A DNA stretch of 64,000 nucleotides from Candidatus Hydrogenedentales bacterium (GTDB taxonomy: Bacteria; Hydrogenedentota; Hydrogenedentia; Hydrogenedentales; SLHB01): the NCBI GenBank assembly GCA_050950105.1, contig JBMNGZ010000008.1, positions 121,416 to 185,415 of the forward strand, in the 5' to 3' direction. A program made the translations under genes and the position numbers. The notes under the pieces were generated by a model. The model saw only the letters and a program-made list of their open reading frames with translations. It was not told the DNA's origin and did no database searches. Below, piece after piece: positions 10,718 to 20,172 of this stretch. Numbering within the stretch: the stretch's first letter is position 1; every line of letters starts with the position of its first letter.

Positions 10718-11979
10718 GTCAAAACTGATTACTTCGAGCCGCTCTGTCTTTGGACCTGCTGCGCATTGCCTTCAGGCTCGCGCAAGAGCGCAGTCTTGGC
10801 ACAAGCCATGGCGCCTCTGAACGCTTGGGAGAAGGCTGAACGCGAAAGACTTGAACCAATCATCCAAGAGCGGGAGTCAGAGAGAAAAACGATTATATCC
10901 AGGATCGACGGCCTCCGAAAACAGGCGGCCAAGCCTGGATGCAAGAATCTGGAAGATATTACGAAAGAAATCACGGACCTTGAAGCGCGCCTCCCAACGA
11001 TCCCGATTTTCCCGCGATTATGGACAAGCGATATCACTCCCGAGTACCTGGGAACACCCATGGACCTGAACCAGGAGCGCATGGCTGTGCTCTGTGACGA
11101 AGCTGGTGTCCTCGAGATTATCAACGGCAGGTATTCCAAGAAGGGGCCCAACCTCGACCTCTTCCTCCAGGGACATGCCTCCACTGCAGTTCGTGTGGAC
11201 CGTGGCTCACGGCCCTCCGTTATGCTGAAAAGGCCTGTTCTCTCCGTTGTGCTGACACCGCAACCCGATGTTATCAGGTCGCTCACGGACAGCCCCGAGT
11301 TTCGCGGGCGCGTTTTTTGTACACCATGCCGGAACATAATCTGGGCGCCCGCACAGGTGATGGACTACCAGTGTCACCGCAGGTTCTCCAGGGCTACAAC
11401 TCGGTTGTGAACGCCCTGTTGAAGCGAAAAGGGGAGAATGACGAGGATGGCTCTGAGAAGGCCCATGTCCTTAAGCTGGCGTCAGACGCATACGACCTGT
11501 GGAAAGAATTCTGGTCAGAAATCGAGACCAAATTGGCGGACGGCGGTATGCTCGAGCACCTTCGTGACTGGGGCGGAAAACTGCCGGGCGCCGTCGCGCG
11601 CATTGCGGCTATCTTCCACGTGACCCGCCATGCTTTTGAAAACGAACGCAATTACCACATCTCCGCGGAGGATATGGGTGCGGCAATTAGACTGGGACAT
11701 GTATTCTTGAAACATGCCCTGATCGCCTTCGACGCGATGGGCGCTGACCGGGCGCGACATGACAGAACTGACAGAACTCCGCGGGTGTCCCGTCGGCTCG
11801 TGGGTTTTGTCAGTTTTGTCATGGTGAGGCGGGCGAGAGCGATCGCGGAGAGCGTCCAGGCAATTGGGCCACTTCCAGTCCTCGAGTGCACATCCGCCTC
11901 CCCGCGCAAGGGGGCAGCTTGTATACAGGGCCGAAGCGCCGTGCTTTGGTGTCAGATAGAAGCCATTTGCAGCCAATGA
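10718..11979 (+). pseudogene. DUF3987/YfjI-like replication protein, 5'-truncated and frameshifted
   Basis: EPLCLWT..LPSGSRKSAV, SDITPE, DEAG, GRYSK, VDRGSR, LTPQP in one frame. It continues as FLYTMP...WGGKLPGAVARIAA in another frame (shift near 11310). No start codon after the att site. Confidence 0.75.
11758..11823. repeat. Inverted pair of tandem 9-mers (iteron/origin-like)
   Basis: catgacagaactgacagaac (11758-11777) and gttttgtcagttttgtcatg (11804-11823) are 18/20 reverse complements. Confidence 0.6.
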
Positions 11980-12007
11980 GTTAAACGGAAAACGGGGGTA
12001 GAGAATC

Positions 12008-12283
12008 ATGGGACGTGTACCAAACATAGGGAGCAACTCGCGGCAACTCAAACATCTCACCGACCAGCACCTCGAGATGATCCGCAGGGTCGTCGCGGGA
12101 CAGCGCGTGGGGAAGATCGCGTCCGAGATGGGCGTGCACCGTACTACGGTGTCGAGGGTCTTGAACAGCCGACTGGGCAGAGCGTGCCGGGAACGGCTGC
12201 ACCAGGAGATGGACCGCATGGTGGCCAAAGCAGGGGCGGTACTGCCCTTTGTGCATATTGTGCCAGGCATCATGGGGAAATAG
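12008..12283 (+). CDS. Small HTH DNA-binding protein
   Basis: GQRVGKIASEMGVHRTTVSRVLNS helix-turn-helix. Confidence 0.65.
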   Translation: MGRVPNIGSNSRQLKHLTDQHLEMIRRVVAGQRVGKIASEMGVHRTTVSRVLNSRLGRACRERLHQEMDRMVAKAGAVLPFVHIVPGIMGK

Positions 12284-12284
12284 G

Positions 12285-12755
12285 GTGAACGACTACCTGA
12301 CACCGGCAGAGAAGCCTTCCGTGGCCCTCCTGGGCGCCATCATGCGGGCACGTGCACTTGGACTCCACCCCGGCCAAATCGCGAGCGTCACGGGGCTCAC
12401 AGAGGCTCATACCAACGCCATACTCGCGTCGGAGCGCTATGCGAGAGCGGAGGACGCCCTGCAAGTCGCCCGCAGGCTCCCTCTGGACCTGCTGGACTTC
12501 GACGAACTGCTCGATGCTGCCCTGGCGGCCATGGGCAAACTCTTGGACGATCCCAAGACGTCCGCACTGACGAAACTCCGTATCATCGAAGAAATCTTCG
12601 ACCGCGACCCCACTGGCGCCCTTGCCAAACGCACCCAGCCCGTCACGCCGGCCAACCACCCCAGCCCCGTCTTCGACAATGAGGCCATCCGGAAGCTCAA
12701 GGAGCGGGCCATGGAACTGAAGCGCGAAAACTCCCCGACGATTTCCAGGAAATAG
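12285..12755 (+). CDS. Hypothetical mobile-element protein with HTH-like N-terminus
   Basis: GTG start right after the upstream stop. GLHPGQIASVTGLTEAHTNAIL is HTH-like. Confidence 0.5.
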   Translation: MNDYLTPAEKPSVALLGAIMRARALGLHPGQIASVTGLTEAHTNAILASERYARAEDALQVARRLPLDLLDFDELLDAALAAMGKLLDDPKTSALTKLRIIEEIFDRDPTGALAKRTQPVTPANHPSPVFDNEAIRKLKERAMELKRENSPTISRK

Positions 12756-13212
12756 ACACAACCTTCTTTTTTTGCAGGCATTTGCACCGAGGTCAGCTCT
12801 GGCTGGGCGACTGGTCCATCTTCTACATTGATTCTGCATTTTTCATCGGCGATCACTGCGCGCAGAGTTTTCAACTCCGAACACCATACTATATACGTGC
12901 AGCCATTTTTGTCGATGGGAGGGCTACGAGGATGTTCTAGCGTGAGTTTCGGTGCTTTTATGTAATTGACAGTCATGTCATTAAACGCACTATTGATCTC
13001 ACATGGCGAGATGTTCTATGGTGGAGTCACTGCGATGCGGGGGACCGCTGAGACCCCTGACAATCCCGGCAACGTCGGTTCGTGGCGCGAATGCTTCGGT
13101 CTGGTTTCACACAGCAGGTCCGTCGGCGCGGGAGAGGACCAGGGACTTGCCGAGCGACCCAGGCGGGCTCGAGTATTCTTCCCTTTGCCGCCTCGGAATA
13201 GTGAGGGGTTCC

Positions 13213-14733
13213 ATGGCCACGAAGCGTAGCGAGACCAACAGTGTGACCAACCTGGACATCGGGCCACTGTCCAACCACCTCTGGGAAGCCGCAAATATCC
13301 TCCGCGGTCCGGTAGATGCCGCCGACTTCAAGACCTACATCTTCCCGCTCCTCTTCTTCAAACGCATCTCCGATGCCTACGATGACGAAGTTGCCGCTGC
13401 CTTGGAAGAATCTGGCGGTGATCCTGAGTTCGCTCAGTTCCCGGAGAACCACCGCTTTCAAATCCCTGCGGACTGCCACTGGACAGACATACGCGCCAAG
13501 AGCGCAAACATCGGCCATGCGCTCCAGAAAGCGATGCGCGGAATCGAGCAGGCCAACCCGGACACCCTGCACGGCATCTTCGGCGATGCCCAGTGGACCA
13601 ACAAGGACCGCCTTTCGGACGCGCTGCTCAAGGACTTGATCGAGCATTTCTCGTCGCTCAACCTGGGCAATGAACACTGCAAGGCAGACATTCTCGGCCA
13701 GGCCTATGAATATCTGATCAAAAAATTTGCCGACCTGACTAACAAGAAGGCCGGAGAATTTTATACCCCGCGTTCCGTGGTTGCGCTGATGGTTCGTATC
13801 CTTGCGCCCGAGGCCGGAGAAACCATCTACGACCCGGCCTGCGGGACCGGCGGTATGCTCCTCGAGGCACTGCATCATGTCAAAGAGCATGGCGGCGACG
13901 AAAACCTCATGCTGGGCAAGCTCTACGGCCAGGAAAAGAACCTGACCACATCCTCCATCGCCCGGATGAACCTCTTTCTCCACGGCGCGGAGGACTTCCA
14001 TATCGAACGTGGCGATACCCTGCGCGCGCCCGCCTTTTATTCGGGCGATAGCCTCGCCACCTTTGACTGCGTCATCGCCAATCCTCCGTTCTCCCTGGAA
14101 AAGTGGGGAGACGACGCCTGGATCAACGATGCTTACGGCCGTAACTTCGCGGGCCTGCCCCCCGCCAAATCCGGCGACTTCGCCTGGGTCCAGCACATGA
14201 TCAAGTCTATGGCCCGCAAAACCGGCCGCATGGCCGTGGTGCTTCCCCATGGCGTCTTGTTCCGCATGTCCAAGGAAGGCGAGATCCGGCGCAAGCTGCT
14301 GGAGATGGACATCCTCGAAGCGGTGATCGGTCTCGGCCAGAACATCTTTTACGGTACCGGTCTCGCGCCCTGCGTGCTGGTCTTCCGCGACAGCAAGCCC
14401 AAAGCCCACCGCCATAAGGTGCTGTTCATCGACGCCTCAAAGGAGTTCAAGACCGGCCGCGCCCAGAACGAACTCCTGCCGGAACACGTCGACAACATTC
14501 ATCGCTGGTACGCGGACTACAAAGACGTCGAGGGCGTCTCCCGTGTGGTCTCCCTCGACGAAATTCGCGAGAACGAGTTCAATTTGAACATCCCCCGCTA
14601 CGTGGAACCGGTGATCGAGGAAGAAACCATCACGCTCGAGGAGGCTGTCGATAACCTGAAGAAATCCCTGGAGGCGGCGTATGCCGCGGAGGATCGGCTG
14701 AAGGAACTGCTGCATCGAGAGGGTCTGCTCTAA
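13213..14733 (+). CDS. hsdM: Type I R-M methyltransferase subunit 1 (NPPF)
   Basis: LWEAANILRG, GEFYTPRSVV, IYDPACGTGGML, VIANPPF. ATG at 13213 with gagggg RBS. Confidence 0.95.
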   Translation: MATKRSETNSVTNLDIGPLSNHLWEAANILRGPVDAADFKTYIFPLLFFKRISDAYDDEVAAALEESGGDPEFAQFPENHRFQIPADCHWTDIRAKSANIGHALQKAMRGIEQANPDTLHGIFGDAQWTNKDRLSDALLKDLIEHFSSLNLGNEHCKADILGQAYEYLIKKFADLTNKKAGEFYTPRSVVALMVRILAPEAGETIYDPACGTGGMLLEALHHVKEHGGDENLMLGKLYGQEKNLTTSSIARMNLFLHGAEDFHIERGDTLRAPAFYSGDSLATFDCVIANPPFSLEKWGDDAWINDAYGRNFAGLPPAKSGDFAWVQHMIKSMARKTGRMAVVLPHGVLFRMSKEGEIRRKLLEMDILEAVIGLGQNIFYGTGLAPCVLVFRDSKPKAHRHKVLFIDASKEFKTGRAQNELLPEHVDNIHRWYADYKDVEGVSRVVSLDEIRENEFNLNIPRYVEPVIEEETITLEEAVDNLKKSLEAAYAAEDRLKELLHREGLL

Positions 14734-14957
14734 TGCGTCCGCAGATTACGCAGATGAACGCAGCTTGTTCAAAAGGAGATGAACTGACCTGCGCCATTAT
14801 TGGCGCGGCCAAGGCGGTTCATTCCGAGCTGGGCAATGGATTCAAAGCCCTGCTGATCAATTTCGGGACCAGAAGCCTTCGACATGAGAGGCTCGTCCTC
14901 AATCTGCGAGAATCCGCGTCATCTGCGGATAATTCTTTTGCAGGGGGCACGCCATGA
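14733..14957 (+). pseudogene. Internally deleted GxxExxY-family protein remnant
   Basis: Family-like N-terminus ELTCAIIGAAKAVHSELGNGF joined directly to C-terminus LLINFGTRSLRHERLVL. The central ExxY region is missing. Confidence 0.65.
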
Positions 14958-16492
14958 TCTCTCAATCCCAGCTTGAATCCTACCTCTGGGGCGCGGCCAC
15001 CTTGCTGCGCGGCTACATCGACGCCGGGGATTACAAACAGTTCATCTTCCCGCTGCTGTTCTACAAGCGCCTGTGCGACGTCTATGACGAGGAGCTGGCC
15101 GATGCGTTGGAGGAGTCCGGCGGCGATCAGAAATATGCGGCCCTTCCCGAACAGCACCGCTTCCAGATCCCGGAAGACGCCCATTGGAAGATCACTCGCA
15201 CCAGGGTCAAGAACGTGGGCAAGGCCATCCAGGAGGCTCTGCGCGCTATCGAAACTGCCAACCCCGATACTCTGTACGGGGTTTTCGGCGATGCTCCGTG
15301 GACCAATAAGGACCGCCTGCCGGACCGTATGCTGCGCGAGCTGATCGAACATTTCAGCTCGCAGACGCTTTCGCTCTCAAACTGCCCCGAGGATGAGCTG
15401 GGCGTAGGCTACGAGTTTCTGATCAAAAAGTTTGCCGACGATTCCGGCCACACTGCTGCGGAGTTCTATACTAACCGCACCGTGGTACATCTGATGACCG
15501 AGATGCTCGCACCCAAACCGGGCGAGTCGATCTATGACCCCACCTGCGGGTCGGCGGGCATGCTGCTCTCCGCCGTCGCTCACCTGAAGCGGCAGAACAA
15601 AGAATGGCGGAATCTGCGACTGTTCGGCCAGGAACGCAACCTGCTCACCTCGGCCATCGGCCGGATGAACCTGTTCCTGCACGGCATCGAGGATTTCCGC
15701 ATCGTCCGGGGGGATACCCTGGCCAACCCCGCCTTTGTTCAAGGCGACCGGCTCATGCAATTCGACGTAGTCCTGGCCAATCCGCCGTACTCCATCAAAC
15801 AGTGGGACCGCGACGCCTGGTCCGCTGATCCCTGGGGCCGCAACCTTTACGGCACCCCGCCCCAGGGCCGCGCCGACTATGCCTTCTGGCAACACATCAT
15901 CAAGAGCATGAAAGCCAGGAGTGGGCGCTGTGCCATCCTGTTTCCACATGGCGTCCTCTTCCGCAACGAAGAGTCGGCCATGCGCGAGAAACTGGTGGCC
16001 CACGACGTGGTGGAGTGCGTGTTGGGCCTTGGCCCCAACCTCTTTTACAACTCGCCGATGGAAGCCTGCGTCGTCATCTGCCGGATGAGTAAGCCCAGGG
16101 AGCGCAGGAACAAGGTGCTCTTCATCAACGCGGTGAACGAGGTAACCCGCGAACGGGCGCAGAGCTTCCTCACTGACGACCACATCCAGCGCATGGTCGC
16201 CGCCTACCAGGCTTTCGGTGATGAAGACGGCTTTGCCCGGGTGGTCAGCAATGAAGAGATCCGGGAAAAGGCCAACAATCTCAGCATCCCGCTCTACGTG
16301 CGTGCGCCAACTCTGGTAACGAATGGAGTGGCCGAAGAACAGGCCCGCTACGGAAAAACCACCCTCGCGCAGGCCATTGCTGACTGGCAGCAAAGCTCCA
16401 GGGAATTGCGGGAATCGATGGGCGGCCTTTTCGAGATGCTTGAGCAACAGACAGATCCGTTCGGTGATGCCGGGAAAATGATTAAGCACTAA
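14954..16492 (+). CDS. hsdM: Type I R-M methyltransferase subunit 2 (NPPY)
   Basis: LWGAATLLRG, AEFYTNRTVV, IYDPTCGSAGML, VLANPPY. Confidence 0.95.
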   Translation: MISQSQLESYLWGAATLLRGYIDAGDYKQFIFPLLFYKRLCDVYDEELADALEESGGDQKYAALPEQHRFQIPEDAHWKITRTRVKNVGKAIQEALRAIETANPDTLYGVFGDAPWTNKDRLPDRMLRELIEHFSSQTLSLSNCPEDELGVGYEFLIKKFADDSGHTAAEFYTNRTVVHLMTEMLAPKPGESIYDPTCGSAGMLLSAVAHLKRQNKEWRNLRLFGQERNLLTSAIGRMNLFLHGIEDFRIVRGDTLANPAFVQGDRLMQFDVVLANPPYSIKQWDRDAWSADPWGRNLYGTPPQGRADYAFWQHIIKSMKARSGRCAILFPHGVLFRNEESAMREKLVAHDVVECVLGLGPNLFYNSPMEACVVICRMSKPRERRNKVLFINAVNEVTRERAQSFLTDDHIQRMVAAYQAFGDEDGFARVVSNEEIREKANNLSIPLYVRAPTLVTNGVAEEQARYGKTTLAQAIADWQQSSRELRESMGGLFEMLEQQTDPFGDAGKMIKH

Positions 16493-16563
16493 GTTCCTGA
16501 CGCCGGAAAATTGATCGTGGCCTCTGGCGGAAAAGGGTCTCGAACGCGAAAACGGAGCAGAGA

Positions 16564-17598
16564 ATGAGCGAACTGACTGAAAACAATCACGGCCGGGACT
16601 ACGCACACCTTCTCGCCGAGGTGAAAGAGCGCGTTCGTTCGGCCCAGTACACCGCGCTGAAAGCAGTCAATACCGAACTGGTCGGGTTGTATTGGGATAT
16701 CGGGCGGATGATCGTGGAACGACAGACAGACGCCGAGCATGGCACAGCCATCGCCGAACAGTTGTCCAATGACCTGCGGACGGAGTTTCCAGGAATCAGC
16801 GGTTTTTCCAGGCGCAATGTGTTCTACATGCGGGAGTTTTACCTGCTTTACTGCGATGACAAGCGAGTGCAACCACTGGTTGCACAAATCGGATGGACTC
16901 ATAATCTGGTGATATTCCAACGCTGCAAAGACCCCATGGAACGTGAATTCTACATCCGCATGACCCGCAAGTTCGGCTGGTCCAAGAACGTGCTCATTCA
17001 CCAGATCGACAACCAGAGTTATGAAAAATCCCTGCTCGGCCAGACCAATTTCGACCAGGCGCTCACACCGGAACTTCGCGCCCAGGCCAGGCTGGCGGTG
17101 AAGGATGAATACACCTTCGGTTTTCTGGAATTGGATGAGGAGCACAGCGAACGGGAGCTGGAACGGGCGCTCATTGCCCGGATCGAGGATTTTCTGCGGG
17201 CCATGGGCGGCATGTTCGCCTTTATGGGAAGCCAGTACCGGCTGGAGATCGATGGCAAAGAGTTTTTTGTCGACCTCTTGCTGTTTCATCGGCGCCTGCG
17301 CTGCCTTGTCGCCATTGAATTGAAAGTCGGCGAATTCCTGCCGGAGTTCGTCGGCAAGATGCAGTTTTACCTGACCGCGCTGGACCGGCAGCTTCGTCAG
17401 GAAGACGAAAACTCTTCCATCGGCATCATTCTATGCAAAGAAAAAAGCCGCACCATTGTCGAGTACGCCCTGCATAACAGCCGCAAGCCCATTGGTGTGG
17501 CAACGTATAAAATTACCCGCACACTGCCCAGGGAGCTAAAAGGACAACTCCCCCGGCCGGAAGAGATTGCAGCCTTGCTGCAGGAGATTGAAGAATGA
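16564..17598 (+). CDS. YhcG/DUF1016 PD-(D/E)xK nuclease-family protein
   Basis: VNTELVGLYWDIG, GFSRRNVFYMREFY, KDEYTFGFL, DLLLFHRRLRCLVAIELK, GKMQFYL, IGIILCK. Confidence 0.9.
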   Translation: MSELTENNHGRDYAHLLAEVKERVRSAQYTALKAVNTELVGLYWDIGRMIVERQTDAEHGTAIAEQLSNDLRTEFPGISGFSRRNVFYMREFYLLYCDDKRVQPLVAQIGWTHNLVIFQRCKDPMEREFYIRMTRKFGWSKNVLIHQIDNQSYEKSLLGQTNFDQALTPELRAQARLAVKDEYTFGFLELDEEHSERELERALIARIEDFLRAMGGMFAFMGSQYRLEIDGKEFFVDLLLFHRRLRCLVAIELKVGEFLPEFVGKMQFYLTALDRQLRQEDENSSIGIILCKEKSRTIVEYALHNSRKPIGVATYKITRTLPRELKGQLPRPEEIAALLQEIEE

Positions 17599-18803
17599 GT
17601 GCGCAATCCCTGAAGCCCCGCTGGAAGATGGTAAAATTTGGCGAGGTGGTGAAGGACGCCAATCTCGTGGAGCGTGACCCCGAGGCCAACAATATTGAGC
17701 GCGTTGTGGGGCTCGAACACATCGATCCCGAGAATCTGCACATTCGTCGCTGGAACTCCGTTTCCGATGGCAGCTCATTTACCCGTAAATTCGTGCAGGG
17801 ACAGACACTTTTCGGCAAGCGCCGGGCTTATCAACGCAAGGTCGCCTATGCCGAGTTTGAGGGCATTTGCTCCGGAGACATCCTGACCTTCGAGCCAAAA
17901 AACACAAAGGTTTTGCTGCCGGAACTTCTGCCGTTTATCTGCCAGAGCGATGCCTTCTTTGATCATGCGTTGGGTACTTCGGCAGGCTCTCTATCACCCC
18001 GAACCAGCTGGAAAGCACTTAAAGAGTTTGAATTCCCCCTCCCTCCCCTTGATGAACAGAAACGCATTGCCGAGATCCTGTGGGCAGCAGATGAGGCGGT
18101 GGAGGCCTATGAGTCAGTTACACAGAATATAGAGAGAGCAATTAATGCTTATAGCGACAAAAAACTTCTCTTACACGAAGCGAGAAAAAAAAAGCCGAAT
18201 ATACCTTCTGGATGGAGAATTGGTTTTCTCCATGAAATTGCACAAATAGACCCTCCTATGCCAAAGGGGTTACCGGACGATCTTGAAATCTCGTTCGTGC
18301 CAATGGAAAGTGTCGATGAAGAAGGTAGTATAAGTAAGCTCGAGATAAAGAAGCTTGGCGAAGTGAGAAAAGGATATACCTACTTTGAAGAAAATGATGT
18401 TCTGTTCGCAAAAATTACCCCTTGTATGGAAAACGGAAAAGGGGCAATAGCTGTTTCTTTAAAAAATAACAAAGGGATGGGAAGCACTGAGTACTACGTA
18501 TTTAGAGCGATCAAGTCGGAGGATACTCAGTTTATTTACCACCTGACGATGTCTGGCGTTTTTAGAAAGAGAGCTGAAAAGTGGATGCAAGGATCGGCTG
18601 GGCATCGCCGAGTTCCAAAAGATTTTTTTGCGCGACGAGCAATTGTCATTCCCGACTCTGAAAGCAGGAGAAAAATTAGCTTTGTCTTGAATAGCCTTCA
18701 ATCACAGAAATTCGAGGCTCGCAGACACATTGATGTAATAAGAAAAATTCTTGCTGTTTTTCTGCAAAAAAGCCTAAGCCAGACAGGAGCCGCTCATGTT
18801 TAA
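17595..18803 (+). CDS. hsdS: Type I R-M specificity subunit
   Basis: WKMVKFGEV, PLPPLDEQKRIAEIL, IPSGWR, DVLFAKITPCMENGK, STEY, MQGSAGHRRVP; two TRDs. Confidence 0.92.
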   Translation: MSAQSLKPRWKMVKFGEVVKDANLVERDPEANNIERVVGLEHIDPENLHIRRWNSVSDGSSFTRKFVQGQTLFGKRRAYQRKVAYAEFEGICSGDILTFEPKNTKVLLPELLPFICQSDAFFDHALGTSAGSLSPRTSWKALKEFEFPLPPLDEQKRIAEILWAADEAVEAYESVTQNIERAINAYSDKKLLLHEARKKKPNIPSGWRIGFLHEIAQIDPPMPKGLPDDLEISFVPMESVDEEGSISKLEIKKLGEVRKGYTYFEENDVLFAKITPCMENGKGAIAVSLKNNKGMGSTEYYVFRAIKSEDTQFIYHLTMSGVFRKRAEKWMQGSAGHRRVPKDFFARRAIVIPDSESRRKISFVLNSLQSQKFEARRHIDVIRKILAVFLQKSLSQTGAAHV

Positions 18804-18912
18804 TGAAGAAAACACGGTCGAGCGGATGGTTCTCGACACGCTCTGCGGCGGCGTGACTTCGAATAGGGTTGCCGAAAAGCTCGCCAGCGATCGCGCGCGA
18901 CGAGAACAATGA
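18796..18912 (+). pseudogene. Duplicate 5' stub of hsdR (38 aa)
   Basis: MFNEENTVERMVLDTL versus the HsdR start YFNEENTIEQLVLDTL. Overlaps the hsdS stop. Confidence 0.7.
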
Positions 18913-18927
18913 TCGGGAGCGCCCCAA

Positions 18928-20073
18928 ATGAAATTTGAGTCTTTCAAGTCCGGCAGTTGGAAACAGCAGTACCAGTACAAGAGTTTTCAGCCGGCACGGA
19001 TCAATGAGGAATGGTCCTGGGATGACCCCCGAATCAACGTGCTGCTGGAAAAGGCCACCAAAGCTCTGGGAGAGTTGAACGCCTTCACGTTGATCGTACC
19101 CGATGTGGATCTTTTCATTCACATGCACATCATCAAGGAGGCTAACACCTCCAGCCGTATCGAGGGCACCCGCACTGAGATGGACGAGGCCGTGCTTGAT
19201 GAGGCGGCTATTCGTCCTGAACGCCGCGACGACTGGCGCGAGGTGCGTAACTATGTGCAGGCCATGAATAGCGCGATTGACGAACTACAGCGACTGCCTC
19301 TGTCCATGCGCCTGCTTCGCAATACCCATGAGATCCTTTTGAGCGGGGCCAGGGGGGAGCGCAAGGCTCCCGGTGAATTTCGGCGCAGTCAGAATTGGAT
19401 TGGTGGCGCTTCTCTATCTGATGCGGCTTTTATCCCGCCCCATCCTGACGATCTTCCTGACCTGCTGACAGATCTTGAAGCTTTCTGGCATAACGACAGC
19501 GTCCATGTCCCACACCTGGTACGATGTGCCCTCAGCCACTACCAGTTTGAAACCATTCATCCCTTTCAGGATGGCAATGGCCGTATCGGCCGCCTGCTCA
19601 TCACGCTGTACCTGGTCAGTCACGGTCTGCTGAACAAGCCTTCTCTCTACCTGTCCGCCCATCTGGAGAAGCATCGGGGAGCCTACTATGATGCCCTGAC
19701 GCGGGTTCGGGAGTCCCATGATATTGGCCAGTGGGTACGTTTTTTTCTCCAGGCAGTGATCGAGACTGCTGAAAACGGAAAGCAGACCTTTGAGCGTATT
19801 TTGGCTTTGCGTCAGGAGGTGGATGCTCAAATCGTGACTTTGGGACGTCGGGCGGAAAATGGCCACGTTCTGATGCGACGTCTTTACCAGGAACCGGCTG
19901 TGAATGTAAATCAGGTGGCAGATCTGCTTGGGATTAAATATTATGCGGCCAATCAGCTGGTGGGGGCTTTGGTTGACCTTGGGATTCTGCAGGAAATGAC
20001 GGGCTGGCAACGAAACCGGCTTTTTGTCTTCCGCAGGTATCTGAATGTTTTTCGCGATGAAAATGCAACATAA
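18928..20073 (+). CDS. Fic-family protein with C-terminal HTH
   Basis: Fic motif HPFQDGNGRIGR, SSRIEGT, PGEFRRSQNWIGG. Confidence 0.93.
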   Translation: MKFESFKSGSWKQQYQYKSFQPARINEEWSWDDPRINVLLEKATKALGELNAFTLIVPDVDLFIHMHIIKEANTSSRIEGTRTEMDEAVLDEAAIRPERRDDWREVRNYVQAMNSAIDELQRLPLSMRLLRNTHEILLSGARGERKAPGEFRRSQNWIGGASLSDAAFIPPHPDDLPDLLTDLEAFWHNDSVHVPHLVRCALSHYQFETIHPFQDGNGRIGRLLITLYLVSHGLLNKPSLYLSAHLEKHRGAYYDALTRVRESHDIGQWVRFFLQAVIETAENGKQTFERILALRQEVDAQIVTLGRRAENGHVLMRRLYQEPAVNVNQVADLLGIKYYAANQLVGALVDLGILQEMTGWQRNRLFVFRRYLNVFRDENAT

Positions 20074-20172
20074 AATATCTTGTTGTGCATTTGGGGGCTT
20101 AAAACACAATAAGAATCCGTTTGTTCTCTTTTTTGTATCACAACGCATCACCGTCGGCTAAATTTGCGGGAG

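Noticed and set aside
13037-13200. TPP-riboswitch-like gggg..gctgaga upstream of hsdM
   Set aside because: Lacks the downstream conserved core (acctgat...gcgnaggga) and the gene context is wrong.
16466-16560. Near-tandem DAGKMI/DAGKLI repeat resembling a DinD fragment at the hsdM2 end
   Set aside because: Too short to support as a gene; at most a scar of lost cargo.
13027-16606. Long antisense ORFs over both hsdM genes (also 20308..21429, 46685..47908 and 55474..56658)
   Set aside because: Shadow frames of GC-rich genes with no recognisable motifs.
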